Assembly: GCA_963674755.2 (NCBI GenBank) | Contig: CAXXVS010000002.1 | Span: 1,088,001 to 1,152,000, forward strand | Length of the DNA: 64,000 bases | Direction of reading: 5' to 3' | Origin: Desulfobacterales bacterium | Lineage (GTDB): Bacteria; Desulfobacterota; Desulfobacteria; Desulfobacterales; UBA5852 | Part shown: positions 10,477-20,598 of the stretch, one piece after another | How the letters are laid out: the number at the start of each line of letters is the position of its first letter | How positions within the stretch are numbered: the stretch's first letter is position 1 | Program-made: the position numbers and the translations under genes | Notes under the pieces: model-generated | What the model was told of the DNA's origin: nothing | The model's database searches: none | The model's input: only the letters and a program-made list of their open reading frames with translations

Positions 10477-11446
10477 CGAGCGCCTCTCCCCGTCGTCCGC
10501 TGATGATCAATTCGCCCTTGAATTCCATATCTTGAATCAATCCGGTGATTTTTTGCTGGGCGGCTGAGACATCGTTCATGCGGACCGGTCCCATGTCGGC
10601 AATTTCTTCACGCAGCATATCGCCGGCGCGGGCCGACATGTTGCGGAAAACTTTCTCTTTGACCTCGTCCGAAGCCGCCTTCAGGGCCACGGCCAGTTCC
10701 GCTGTCTCCACTTTGCGCAGCAGTTTCTGGAAGCCCTTGTCATCCACCAGAATAATATCTTCGAACACGAACATTTTCTGTTTGATCTGAGCCGCCAGTT
10801 CGGGGTTTTGTTCTTCGATTTCCCCCATAATCAGCTCACTGGACATCTCATCGGCCAGGTTAAGAATCTCGGCTAAGCGGTCAACACCGCAAGCTTCGTG
10901 GGTTTGGGAGGTTTCCTTGTTACTCAGGATAGCCTCGATAACCTGGTTGATTTCCTCCACCATACCGCTGCTGACTTTATCCAGCCTGGCAATCCGCAGG
11001 GCGACGTCTGTTTTGACCTCATCCGGCAGGCGCGACATGACCTCGCTGGCCGCTTCGGTTTTGGCATGGACCAGAATGATGGCTATCGTTTGGGGGTGTT
11101 CGTTCTCCACCAGTTTGAACAGCCGGTCCGGTTCAAGCGTGGCAATCGCTTCCAGGTTGGTACCACCGGATTTGGCCACCGCCTTGGCATCGCTATCGTC
11201 ATTTAAGGCTTTGCCGGGGTTTCGGTCATTTGCAGGGCGGTTCCGACGCTGCATCTTTTCGACAAACTCCTCCGCAATTTTCTCCACCAACTCGGGCGAT
11301 ACAGTGCCCAATTGTTCCATCTGGGCGAGTACGGCCTGCTTTTCCGTATCGGCCAGATTGCGCATTATGATCTGGGACGTTTCCGCGCCCAGAGATTGGA
11401 TCAAAATCGCAATTTTTAATGAACCCGGGAGATTCCGCGCATCCAT
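10469..11446 (-). CDS. fliG: Flagellar motor switch protein FliG
   Basis: EHPQTIAII, KMFVFEDI, NMSARA motifs. Confidence 0.97.
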   Translation of the reverse strand: MDARNLPGSLKIAILIQSLGAETSQIIMRNLADTEKQAVLAQMEQLGTVSPELVEKIAEEFVEKMQRRNRPANDRNPGKALNDDSDAKAVAKSGGTNLEAIATLEPDRLFKLVENEHPQTIAIILVHAKTEAASEVMSRLPDEVKTDVALRIARLDKVSSGMVEEINQVIEAILSNKETSQTHEACGVDRLAEILNLADEMSSELIMGEIEEQNPELAAQIKQKMFVFEDIILVDDKGFQKLLRKVETAELAVALKAASDEVKEKVFRNMSARAGDMLREEIADMGPVRMNDVSAAQQKITGLIQDMEFKGELIISGRRGEALVA

Positions 11447-11476
11447 GTCAACTTATCCCCTTGTCACCCAAGCGGT

Positions 11477-13084
11477 TTAACGCTCCTGAATCCAGTCTCG
11501 CATCACACCCAGGGAATTTTGGTTATCACTCGCAATCATCTGTTGAACCCGGTCACGGTACGGCAGACTGGCGGCATTTCTGGTATATTCCCGCTCCAAT
11601 TCACTGACGGTCTTCGGCAATTGGCGTACAATCTGTCCTCCGGCGGGTTCCGCCGTGAGCCACCGGACAATCGGGCGAACCAGAAACATAAAACTGAAGA
11701 TGACAAACAACCCCAGGAGCAGGTACTCGATAATAAACTTGAACTTGCGGATCATATCGATCCAATTGCCGGTTGGTTCATCCGTCTTGCTTGAATCCAG
11801 TTGGCCCGTTTCAAAGGGTATATTTTCGATTTCCACGGTATCGCCGCGCCTGGCATCAAAATTGATAGCGCTTTTGACGATTTTCTCGAACTGCGCCATT
11901 TCCTCGGCCGTGCGAGCCGTGTACTGCCACTCTTCCTTGCCCTTGCGTTTGGAAACGTTCTGGTAGTTGCCGTCCACGATCACCGCCGCGGAAACGCGGC
12001 GCACCGTGCCGGAAGGCATCACTTTACGGCTGACCACTTTGCCGATCTCGTAGTTCTTGGTCTGATCCTGCTTGCGGAACAGGGTCGCATTGCCGCTTCC
12101 GGATTGTCCCTGCTGGGTATTGTCAATGCCGACGCTGTTGGAGTTGATATTGGCGCTGACCCCCGGCACACCCATGGCCGCAGGACTGTTGTCCGTGGTT
12201 GCCTCGTCGTGGATTTGTTCGCTGCGCACCACCTGATTTTCCGGCAAAAACGTTTCTTCGGTCTGCTCTTGCCGCATGAAATCGAGGTCACAGGAAACCC
12301 TTACGATGGCTTTGTCAGGCCCTAGGACTTCTTCCAGCATGGTCTTGATGCGGCTTTCCAGAGAGCTTTCCATTTTGCGCTGATACATGAATTGGTCGGT
12401 GCTCATGGCGGCTGCGGAAGTTGACTCCCCCTTTCCGGCCAGCAGCTTGCCGCGGTTGTCCACAACGGTCACATTTTCCGTATCCAACCCGGATATGCTC
12501 GATGAGACCAGGTGGACGATGCCCTGGATCTGACTCTGTCCGAGCTGTTTCCCCGGCTTCAGTTTTAAAACCACCGAGGCGCTGGCCGGTGTCGCATCTT
12601 CAATAAACAAGGTCTGGGTCGGCATGACGATGTGGATGCGGGAGCTTTCGATTTCGTCGATTTGATTGATCGTGCGCGCCAGCTCACCCTGCAGGGCGCG
12701 CTGATAATTGACATTCTGCATGAATTCGGTCATGCCGAGTTTGGCATTGTCAAAAACCTCAAACCCGATCCCGGACCCCTGGGGAAGCCCTTCGGAAGCC
12801 ATGACCATGCGCAGCTCGTAGACTTTCTCCGCCGGCACCTCGATGCAGGAGCCCCCGTCGGTTATCTGGTAGGGAACCTTCTGGCTTTTCAATTGTTCGA
12901 CAATCATCCCGGCGTCGTCCATCGACAAACCCGTATAAAGTCTTTCAAAATTGGGACGGCCGCTCCATTGGATGAGATAGATCAACCCACCCACCGTCAG
13001 TCCGATGATCGCCAGAAGACTGACCTTTTTTTTAAGAGGCATGGCGGCCAGCGCCGCTCCCAATTGTCCCGCAACCTTATCCAT
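11477..13084 (-). CDS. fliF: MS-ring protein FliF
   Basis: GFEVFD, NYQRALQGELARTI, ASASVVL, two TM segments. Confidence 0.97.
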   Translation of the reverse strand: MDKVAGQLGAALAAMPLKKKVSLLAIIGLTVGGLIYLIQWSGRPNFERLYTGLSMDDAGMIVEQLKSQKVPYQITDGGSCIEVPAEKVYELRMVMASEGLPQGSGIGFEVFDNAKLGMTEFMQNVNYQRALQGELARTINQIDEIESSRIHIVMPTQTLFIEDATPASASVVLKLKPGKQLGQSQIQGIVHLVSSSISGLDTENVTVVDNRGKLLAGKGESTSAAAMSTDQFMYQRKMESSLESRIKTMLEEVLGPDKAIVRVSCDLDFMRQEQTEETFLPENQVVRSEQIHDEATTDNSPAAMGVPGVSANINSNSVGIDNTQQGQSGSGNATLFRKQDQTKNYEIGKVVSRKVMPSGTVRRVSAAVIVDGNYQNVSKRKGKEEWQYTARTAEEMAQFEKIVKSAINFDARRGDTVEIENIPFETGQLDSSKTDEPTGNWIDMIRKFKFIIEYLLLGLFVIFSFMFLVRPIVRWLTAEPAGGQIVRQLPKTVSELEREYTRNAASLPYRDRVQQMIASDNQNSLGVMRDWIQER

Positions 13085-13110
13085 GAATCAGGATCCCTTC
13101 GCCTTAGTTA

Positions 13111-13248
13111 GTGTTCATCCAGAGATGGTAGATTTTGGTTTCGGCCAAGGCCGCCGTGATTTGGAAACCGCAGGCCTAGCGGGGCTACGCGAGGATTTCC
13201 AAAGCGCCCGCCGGCCGGTGCCAAAAGACGCCACATATGGATGAGCAC
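13111..13248. repeat. Small palindromic repeat / MITE-like element, copy A (138 bp)
   Basis: Terminal inverted repeats GTGTTCATCCA / TGGATGAGCAC; both ends similar to the element at 60525-60713. Confidence 0.75.
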
Positions 13249-13251
13249 CGG

Positions 13252-13554
13252 TTAGATCTGCATGCGCATAACGGTCTCGTAGGCGGATACCACTTTGTTG
13301 CGTATCTGCATGAGAAGCTGGAAGGAAACATCGGCCTTCTGGAGCGCGATCATGGTGTTGTGGACATCGGCGCTACGCCCTGCGGCCAGCGCTTCGACTG
13401 CCTGGTCCGCCTCATGGTGCAATTTGCCGACCTCTCCGATGGCCCCCGTAAGAAGGTCGCCGAATCCTTTTGAACGCTCGGCAGAGGTCGCTTGGCCGTT
13501 GACCGGTGGCATCGGCAAAGGGCTGGATACCCCTTTAATCGTCATGTCGCTCAT
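13252..13554 (-). CDS. fliE: Hook-basal body protein FliE
   Basis: DVHNTMIALQKADVSFQLLMQIRNKVVSAYETVMRMQI. Confidence 0.97.
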   Translation of the reverse strand: MSDMTIKGVSSPLPMPPVNGQATSAERSKGFGDLLTGAIGEVGKLHHEADQAVEALAAGRSADVHNTMIALQKADVSFQLLMQIRNKVVSAYETVMRMQI

Positions 13555-13557
13555 GAA

Positions 13558-13998
13558 TTACCTCCCGATTTCCAGGGCTTTCAGAACCATGTTCTTGGTG
13601 GCCTTCACTGCCGCAATGTTGGCTTCATAGCTGCGGGAAGCCGACACCAGATTGACCATTTCCTCGGTCACACTGATATTGGGCATGGCGACAAATCCAT
13701 TTTGGTCGGCATCCGGATGATCCGGTTCATATTTCATGATGGGATCGCGGCCGTCTTTCACGACGCCGACCGTTTGGACCTCCACAACCTCACCCTGCTG
13801 ACGGGCCTGCAGGACATCCTGGAAGGAATCGGCACGCGGCGAAGCGGCCGAAAAAATCGGTTCGCGCCTTTGGTAGGGCCCCCCTTCAGGTGTACGGGTG
13901 GTATTCACATTGGCCAGGTTACCGGCAATCAGTTTCATGCGCATTCGCTGGGCCGACAATCCGGACGCACTGGCGCGCAACGCATCAAGAAATCCCAT
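13558..13998 (-). CDS. flgC: Basal body rod protein FlgC
   Basis: SASGLSAQRMRM, NLANVNTT, YEPDHPDA, ASRSYEAN. Confidence 0.98.
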   Translation of the reverse strand: MGFLDALRASASGLSAQRMRMKLIAGNLANVNTTRTPEGGPYQRREPIFSAASPRADSFQDVLQARQQGEVVEVQTVGVVKDGRDPIMKYEPDHPDADQNGFVAMPNISVTEEMVNLVSASRSYEANIAAVKATKNMVLKALEIGR

Positions 13999-14000
13999 GA

Positions 14001-14420
14001 CTATTGTCCCCCTTTGATAACGTCTTTGAGCATTTTGAACTTGCTTGAAATAATGCGTGTGGCCGTATTGTAGAGCAATGTGTTTTCCGCCAGATTGGCC
14101 ATCTCGCGGTCCAGTTCGACCGTATTGCCGTCACCTCTTAGTGCCAGCGGATCCTCTTCAACGCGCTCGATACGTCCCAAATCCGAGGAACCGGAGAAGG
14201 CCGTCCCAAGGTGTCCCACCTGGGTCCTGGTCATGCTCAGTTGCGGCTGATTCCCGTTGGCATCTTGCATCTCCTCGCCCACCATCATTTTAAAGGCTTT
14301 GAAGTTGGGCGTGTCCATGTTGGCGATATTCGAGGTTATCAATTTCTGGTTTTGGGCGCGCAGATTCAAGGAGCGTTCCAGGGTCGCCATGGTTTTGTCG
14401 AACAGCATATTTGCTTTCAT
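14001..14420 (-). CDS. flgB: Basal body rod protein FlgB
   Basis: SNIANMDTPNFK, DGNTVELDREM. Confidence 0.96.
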   Translation of the reverse strand: MKANMLFDKTMATLERSLNLRAQNQKLITSNIANMDTPNFKAFKMMVGEEMQDANGNQPQLSMTRTQVGHLGTAFSGSSDLGRIERVEEDPLALRGDGNTVELDREMANLAENTLLYNTATRIISSKFKMLKDVIKGGQ

Positions 14421-15829
14421 CGGTCGGCATCCTTTCCAAGCGCTTCCGTGCGCTGCCTGTATTCGCGAAGCTTGTTGCGCAAGGTGCGCACACTGATGCC
14501 CAGCATTTGGGCCGCCCGCTCACGGTGGTCGTTCACCTCGTGCAGCGTTTTCCTGATAAGCGCTTCCTCGACGGCCTTGACCGAAAGACCGGCCCGAATG
14601 GCCAGCGGGTCAGAAGCATCGTCGGCCCCTTGATCCGGTTGGCAAGCCTGCCCCGGTATTCCGTTCAGTGAGCCGATCAAAACAGCGCGTTCGATGCTGT
14701 TTTCAAGTTCGCGGATGTTCCCCTGCCATTCACGGCGCATCCACAATGCCATCGTATTTGCATCGATTTCAGGTGGTTCTCTCTGATATTGATGGCTGAA
14801 GCGCCCCAGGAAGTGATTCACCAGAAGCGGAATATCCTCACGTCGTTCCCGCAAGGGTGGCAGGTGCAGCGGGATAACGTTGATGCGATAGTAGAGATCT
14901 TCCCGCATCTTCCCGCTGCGGACCAGGTGCTCGAGATCGCGATTGCTGATGGCAATCACCTGGGCATCGAACGGAACCTGCTGCCGGCTTCCGATACGAT
15001 CGATCCGTCTCTCCTGGAGCACACGCAGGAGTTTGGCCTGCAGCGTCAAAGGCATTTCACTGATTTCGTCCAAAACCAGGGTGCCTTCGCCGGCTTGTTC
15101 GAATTTGCCCTCTTTGCGGCTCATGGCCCCGGTGAAAGCGCCTTTCTCGTATCCAAAAAGCTCGCTCTCCATCAGGGTGTCGGGCAGGGCCGCACAATTG
15201 ACGGCGACGTAGGGCGCCGCGCTACGGCCGGAATGCCGGTGGATATAGGAGGCCAGGACCTCCTTGCCCGTTCCGCTTTCACCGGTGATCAGAACAGTGG
15301 CCCGACTGCCGGCGACGGCCCGGCCGGTTTCCAAAATCTGCTTTATGGCCGGGTTATCCGTAATAAAAGGATTGTCCTCCAAGGAGCGGGTCGCATGGTG
15401 TGATGAAACAAGCCGGGTTTCACGGGTCACAAGATGGAGCACGCACGATTCAAGCATGTCCGCCCCGAGGGGCTTCATCAGGTAGTCCATCGCGCCGTTC
15501 TGCATCGCGTCCACAGCATGCCGAACCGTGGCCGCGGCGGTTGTCATCACCACCGTAAGCTCAGGGTTTTCAATCTGCAGGCGCTTCAGAAGATCCATAC
15601 CGTGACGGTCATCCGCACTACTGTCGATTAGGGCGAGCGCATAAGTCCGCTGGGCCAAACAGTGCAGGGCTTGTTCGGCACTGTCGACCTTTTCCAAGGA
15701 AAGCCCTCTTCTCCGCAAACGGCGTACGACCTGCATTGGCAAGTCGTCCGCTTTGTCGACGATTAAAATGGCGCACGGCGTCGTTTCATCGGGGCAGCCG
15801 GTATCAAGGTTAAGGGCGGCTTGACTCAT
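14417..15829 (-). CDS. sigma54-dependent response regulator (REC-AAA+-HTH), FleR/FlgR-like
   Basis: Receiver domain, GESGTGKE, ESELFG..GAFTGA, Fis-type HTH; first gene of the flgB operon; start 15829 or 15874. Confidence 0.9.
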   Translation of the reverse strand: MSQAALNLDTGCPDETTPCAILIVDKADDLPMQVVRRLRRRGLSLEKVDSAEQALHCLAQRTYALALIDSSADDRHGMDLLKRLQIENPELTVVMTTAAATVRHAVDAMQNGAMDYLMKPLGADMLESCVLHLVTRETRLVSSHHATRSLEDNPFITDNPAIKQILETGRAVAGSRATVLITGESGTGKEVLASYIHRHSGRSAAPYVAVNCAALPDTLMESELFGYEKGAFTGAMSRKEGKFEQAGEGTLVLDEISEMPLTLQAKLLRVLQERRIDRIGSRQQVPFDAQVIAISNRDLEHLVRSGKMREDLYYRINVIPLHLPPLRERREDIPLLVNHFLGRFSHQYQREPPEIDANTMALWMRREWQGNIRELENSIERAVLIGSLNGIPGQACQPDQGADDASDPLAIRAGLSVKAVEEALIRKTLHEVNDHRERAAQMLGISVRTLRNKLREYRQRTEALGKDADR

Positions 15830-15953
15830 GACGTCACGATGATCCTTGGATGGCTGCTCTGTCGATGGCGGCAATGAGATCGGTCATATTGTTTTATTTT
15901 TCTATAAGTTATGACACTTACCGGAATATGCCGGCGGAAACGCTCATCTTTTC

Positions 15954-15969
15954 TGCAATCTATATGCCA
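15954..15969 (-). promoter_or_regulatory. sigma54 promoter for regulator-flgBC-fliE-J operon
   Basis: Minus strand TGGCAT-ATAGA-TTGCA. Confidence 0.85.
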
Positions 15970-16164
15970 CTCACACCGGACGGCATTGGGCCCCCATTAA
16001 TGGTCTGGGACCCCTCAACCCTGGAATGGGGAAACCTATGTTAACCATCTATTTTCGCTTTATTTCTAATCCGTTATCACGATTCGGAACAACACTTGGA
16101 AAGGCCTGTGACATGAGGAAGGAAATGAAACGCGGAAGGTCGTTCGTCAAAATCGACAGTTTTT

Positions 16165-16180
16165 CGTCATCTCTTTGACG
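16165..16180. promoter_or_regulatory. Putative enhancer site (FleQ-box-like)
   Basis: CGTCATCTCTTTGACG, ~200 bp upstream of the sigma54 promoter at 15954. Confidence 0.55.
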
Positions 16181-16209
16181 CTACTAGCGCCTGGGATCAA
16201 ACCCGGGGC

Positions 16210-16236
16210 TCAAGAAAATCTTTCTCCGGTCGATAA
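16210..16236 (+). promoter_or_regulatory. Putative sigma28 (FliA) promoter for GGDEF gene
   Basis: TCAAG-N14-GTCGATAA. Confidence 0.55.
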
Positions 16237-16312
16237 TAGACGCGTCAGATCTCGGTCGCCGGGGGGGCGACGTTATGGCGGTTACCATCAAGGGAGGCAG
16301 GAGAAAAACGGC

Positions 16313-17398
16313 ATGTTTTTAAAAAAACGAAAGCATCTTGATGACGATAATGTGGTGGAATTGAGCAGTCGCCTCCAGGTCAGTGAAACCCGTGAACAAG
16401 CCTATCATGCCGTCATCCAGACGCTTTTGGTGTTGATGAAAGATTTTGCTTTGGACATTGCGGAGATCCGGACCGACCGCTTCCACGCCGCTGTCGATCG
16501 TTTTGGTCAAACGATTGCGGAGCGTGAAGTTCCCAAACGCATCCTCGCGCGTTTTGACAAGCATAAGGCGACAATCGCCGGCTTCATCGACGATCAAAAA
16601 CATTACATCGATGAACGCGAAACCGAACTTCGCAACATCATCGATTTGCTGACCCGGGCCATGGTCTCGGTGGATGTGGAAAATGATGCCTACCATCAAA
16701 AAATCCTGGAACAAGGCGAAAAAATGGAGCAGATTACCCGGCTTGACGACATCCGCAAAATCAAGTCCGCCCTAGAAAAGGAAGTGCAAACCCTGCGAGA
16801 GACCGTTCGCCATAAACAGGACGGAGAGCAGGCGCGAATCGAGAACCTGGCCGGTCAGGTAAAAATCCTGCGCCGGGAGCTCGAGGCCGCCAAGGAAGAA
16901 TCCCGTCGTGACGGCCTCACCGGAACTTATAATCGCAAGGCTTTTGACGATCATCTCCAGTCATTTGTCGAGCGCAACCTGATCCACCGCCTGGATTTCG
17001 CTCTGCTGCTCCTGGACATCGATGATTTCAAAAAGGTCAATGACACCTATGGCCATCCTGTCGGCGACCGGGTCATTCTGGCCATGGCCAATACCTGCAA
17101 CCATATGATACGCAGCGACGACTTCCTGGCGCGTTACGGCGGGGAGGAATTTGTGATTCTTCTTCCGGGAGCTTCACGCCGCAATGCCGCCAAGAAAGCG
17201 AAACAGATCTGCAACACCATCAACAGCACCCGCTACACCCTTGACCAGGACGTTAGGGACGGAGCGCTTTCTCTGACGGTCAGCATTGGGGTTACCGCTT
17301 TCAAGCGAGGGGATAGCGCCGCAAGCATTCTTGAACGGGCCGATCAGGCCCTCTACAAAGCGAAAAGCGCCGGTAAGAATACGGTTTTCACGGCTTGA
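16313..17398 (+). CDS. Diguanylate cyclase (coiled-coil + GGDEF)
   Basis: DGLTG, DIDDFKKVNDTYGH, I-site RSDD five residues before GGEEF; start at MFLKK after GGAG. Confidence 0.93.
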   Translation: MFLKKRKHLDDDNVVELSSRLQVSETREQAYHAVIQTLLVLMKDFALDIAEIRTDRFHAAVDRFGQTIAEREVPKRILARFDKHKATIAGFIDDQKHYIDERETELRNIIDLLTRAMVSVDVENDAYHQKILEQGEKMEQITRLDDIRKIKSALEKEVQTLRETVRHKQDGEQARIENLAGQVKILRRELEAAKEESRRDGLTGTYNRKAFDDHLQSFVERNLIHRLDFALLLLDIDDFKKVNDTYGHPVGDRVILAMANTCNHMIRSDDFLARYGGEEFVILLPGASRRNAAKKAKQICNTINSTRYTLDQDVRDGALSLTVSIGVTAFKRGDSAASILERADQALYKAKSAGKNTVFTA

Positions 17399-17517
17399 TG
17401 ACCCGGTACGGCAATATTTTCCGCAAGGCAGCTCTATAGGGGCAATATTTTCAATACGCCCTCTCTGCTACTGATGGTATTTCCTTGAAACGAAAGGCGT
17501 TTGGCAAATTCCGGCCC

Positions 17518-17533
17518 TGGCATGCAGTTTGCT
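17518..17533 (+). promoter_or_regulatory. sigma54 promoter for hypothetical + lytic transglycosylase
   Basis: TGGCAT-GCAGT-TTGCT. Confidence 0.8.
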
Positions 17534-17606
17534 TTTAATCCGGATGATGTGTTTTCAATGGTCTTGTTAAAGAACAGACCCCATCGTGCCAGCAAAGGAG
17601 TTGATT

Positions 17607-18059
17607 ATGAAAATAGGACACACCACGCCCTTTACGCCATTGGATCAGAGCGTGTCACTATCCAAAACCAAATCCGCGTCTTCCCGTTTTGAACAGGTTT
17701 TCAATGAGTCCCTGCAACGGCAAGCCGGTGCGAAGCGGGACCCATCACCTGTTGTTCAAACGACGGCGACCATGCCCTGCAGCCTGAACGCGATCGATTC
17801 GGCTGACCCCGTATCCGGTGCCCAAGCGATGGAAGACTTTATCGACGCCCTGGAAGGCTACCAGCAGCAATTGGGGGATCCCTCAAATTGCCTGCGGGAT
17901 ATTGCCCCATCCGTGGAGCGCCTTGAGCAGGCCCAGCGCCATCTGGCGGATTTTGCTTTCGAGGAACCTGCCGATTCGCCCTTGGGCCCTATCATGAACG
18001 AAGGCCTGGTCACGGCAGCCATGGAAATCCAACGCTTTCGCAGCGGCGTCTATTGTTGA
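17607..18059 (+). CDS. Hypothetical protein, probably flagellar-associated
   Basis: AAGGAG RBS, sigma54 promoter, low-complexity N-terminus then helical C-domain ending EIQRFRSGVYC. Confidence 0.7.
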   Translation: MKIGHTTPFTPLDQSVSLSKTKSASSRFEQVFNESLQRQAGAKRDPSPVVQTTATMPCSLNAIDSADPVSGAQAMEDFIDALEGYQQQLGDPSNCLRDIAPSVERLEQAQRHLADFAFEEPADSPLGPIMNEGLVTAAMEIQRFRSGVYC

Positions 18060-18141
18060 CCGTTGGCGCGCCCCCCAGGGCTTTTGATATGATATGCTGG
18101 AAAGTTTTTCATGCTTCTGAGCATCTTTTACACCGCATGCC

Positions 18142-18882
18142 ATGATTAAATCGACTCATAAAACTATACAGGATTACTTTCAGCCGGCCCAGCCCCCGTC
18201 CAAGCGGACAATAGCGCGATCAACCCGGGAGAGCTCTTTTAACGCCACCTTGCAGCGCATCTATTCCACAACCCGCCCCGCACCCGACTCCGGATCGACC
18301 GGGCGCGATATCCGTGACTATATGGAACGCCGTCTGGTCGATGCCGCCGCTGCGGCCGCAGCGCGTTTGAACACCGCCAATCGGTCGTCCCGCACGCCGG
18401 CGCAATCAGGAAATGGGGGCGGCGCCGCGGAGGCGCCTTCATCTCAGCCCCCATCTTCCGAAATGGATGCAACCGGGTCCGAAGCCCACGCGATTAAGCA
18501 GGCGATTCAACACGCCGCCGCCCGCTATGAAGTTTCTCCCGAATTGATTCAGAGCGTTATCCGCTGTGAGTCCAATTTCAAAGCAGATGCCGTTTCACCT
18601 GCCGGCGCCCAGGGATTGATGCAACTGATGCCCGGCACGGCACGGGATTTAGGCGTTAGCGATCCGTTTGATATCCAACAGAATATCGACGGGGGGACAC
18701 GCTATCTGCGTCAAATGCTGGATCGCTTCGAAGGCAAGGTTGACGTCGCCCTGGCAGCCTATAACGCCGGACCGGGCAATGTCAGCCGCTATGGCGGCAT
18801 TCCACCCTACCAGGAAACCCAGACCTACGTAAAAAAAGTGCTGCAATTCGCCGGTGTCTCCGGAGCGGTTCCTGCAACCTGA
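18142..18882 (+). CDS. SLT-domain lytic transglycosylase (possible rod-assembly peptidoglycan hydrolase)
   Basis: ES catalytic motif, [32 protein letters not shown]. Confidence 0.92.
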   Translation: MIKSTHKTIQDYFQPAQPPSKRTIARSTRESSFNATLQRIYSTTRPAPDSGSTGRDIRDYMERRLVDAAAAAAARLNTANRSSRTPAQSGNGGGAAEAPSSQPPSSEMDATGSEAHAIKQAIQHAAARYEVSPELIQSVIRCESNFKADAVSPAGAQGLMQLMPGTARDLGVSDPFDIQQNIDGGTRYLRQMLDRFEGKVDVALAAYNAGPGNVSRYGGIPPYQETQTYVKKVLQFAGVSGAVPAT

Positions 18883-19100
18883 GACAGGGCGGACAAAGCG
18901 CACAAGAATCATGTGGCAAAAGCGGCCTGGATAAAGGAAGCACCTCGTTCTTGGTCGCGCGGCAGCGGTAAAATCTGACCCCGGACAATTTTGTGAAAAA
19001 CGTGGAATAGCGATAGAGAGGACAAGTTTCGCGAAGGCATTTGGCGCGATCGTTCACGGCTGCTGATGAATGCCGCTGAAGGAATTGCCCGTCATTTCCG

Positions 19101-19886
19101 TCATTCTTTGAGGGGCAGGCGCTGACGAAGCATTTTGCGCTGCATGTTGTAGAGCACCCGGGTAAGGGATTTTTCTTCATTTCCTTCAATACGCGAGAAC
19201 TGGAAGGCATACTGGCGATAGCCTGTCACGGGATTCGTTTCCACCCGCACAATGGTGGCCTCAGCGACGCGAATCTTTGTGGTCACATTCTCATCCCGAA
19301 AAAGCAGTTCCAAACTTTTCAGATGGCGGCCCCTCGTCAACATAAGGTTGCGCTTGATGCGCTCCCGGGCTGACTCCACGACGCACAACAGCCCTCCCAG
19401 GCTGAAATCGAGGACCACCATTCGCAGGGCCGGTTGAAGCTGACGGAGGATGAGCTCCGTTCCCATCGGGGCTTCAAGCCGGAAATTGCGTCGTCGCTGA
19501 ATGCGGTCAACTTCGTCGGGGACAGGAATCCAGACTTCCCCCCGTCGCCATTCGGGGGCGGGCGGTATCTCGAAGGTATAGAGCACTTTGTCCTGTCCGT
19601 TGAATTCGAAGCGAAGGTGGCCGCAGTCCTTGCTTTGCAGAACGATCTGAAAATTATCCGGGCTGTCGATGCAGAATTGGGCCTGTCCATTCCTTGAGCG
19701 TAGTCCGGTGATGACAGTGACGCTTTCGTACCCCGTGCCCTTGACCGCGAGCTTTACGAGAACACGCTTGTCCATGAGGTATTTGAAAAGCTGGTGGGTC
19801 TTTTCTTTCGATAATTTTGCAGCGCCATCCATGTCAAATATACGATTAACCTTTGTGGCAAGCGATGCTGGCGACACTGCTTGCAA
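19101..19886 (-). CDS. PilZ-domain protein, YcgR/flagellar-brake-like
   Basis: QRRRNFR (RxxxR) and DFSLGG (DxSxxG); start may be 19832. Confidence 0.85.
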   Translation of the reverse strand: MQAVSPASLATKVNRIFDMDGAAKLSKEKTHQLFKYLMDKRVLVKLAVKGTGYESVTVITGLRSRNGQAQFCIDSPDNFQIVLQSKDCGHLRFEFNGQDKVLYTFEIPPAPEWRRGEVWIPVPDEVDRIQRRRNFRLEAPMGTELILRQLQPALRMVVLDFSLGGLLCVVESARERIKRNLMLTRGRHLKSLELLFRDENVTTKIRVAEATIVRVETNPVTGYRQYAFQFSRIEGNEEKSLTRVLYNMQRKMLRQRLPLKE

Positions 19887-20310
19887 ATTCCTGGTCTTCC
19901 ATTAACAGTTTGGCAAACGTAATGTATTTTTCGGCAATCGCCCGCACCGCAAACTGGAGCGCAAAGGGCCGGATCGGTTTCTCCAGAAGATAGTTCACAT
20001 TCGAGGCCATGCACATATTGACGACATCCTCGCTGGCATTTCCGGTAACGACGATGGCATCCTTGTGGGCCGCGGGAAACTTCTTTTCGACGGCATCGAG
20101 AAAAAAGAACCCGCTCTTGCCGCCCAGAAAAACGTCAACGATAAAAATACCAACCCCGATCGGACTGCTGAGGCAGTAGAGAATGGCCTCATCGGCATTA
20201 TTGAAGGGTCGGACTTCACCCCACGTATAAAAGGTTTTGACCGAGTCAGCGATCAACTGACAAACAGAAGGATCATCATCCACAATGATAACGTCGAGAC
20301 CGTCGGACAT
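19846..20310 (-). CDS. Response regulator receiver protein
   Basis: IIVDDD, IVDVFL, VTG, KP motifs. Confidence 0.85.
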   Translation of the reverse strand: MSDGLDVIIVDDDPSVCQLIADSVKTFYTWGEVRPFNNADEAILYCLSSPIGVGIFIVDVFLGGKSGFFFLDAVEKKFPAAHKDAIVVTGNASEDVVNMCMASNVNYLLEKPIRPFALQFAVRAIAEKYITFAKLLMEDQEFASSVASIACHKG

Positions 20311-20598
20311 GTCGCAACTCCTTCCGCCCATGGTTTAATCACGTTCCGCTCCCGGGGGCCTCGATGTGTCGATGGCACACCCTCCGGCTAACAGCGGCCA
20401 AGATCATATTCATCGATAATTAACGTTAATTTTAGCAGATTGTCAATGGATGCGGGAACAGCCTCCGGTCGTCGATCTGTCCGGTAACCTCCAATGCTTT
20501 TCCGGAATGATCCAGGGATTTGGAAACCACAACACGCTGATCGGAAGGTATTTACCATAGTGCTCTCATGTTATCAGGTAACAGAGGGCACCCTCATT

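Noticed and set aside
18883..19100. GGA-rich gap as a CsrA-titrating sRNA
   Set aside because: GGA motifs are not in clear hairpin loops, and no promoter or terminator was identified
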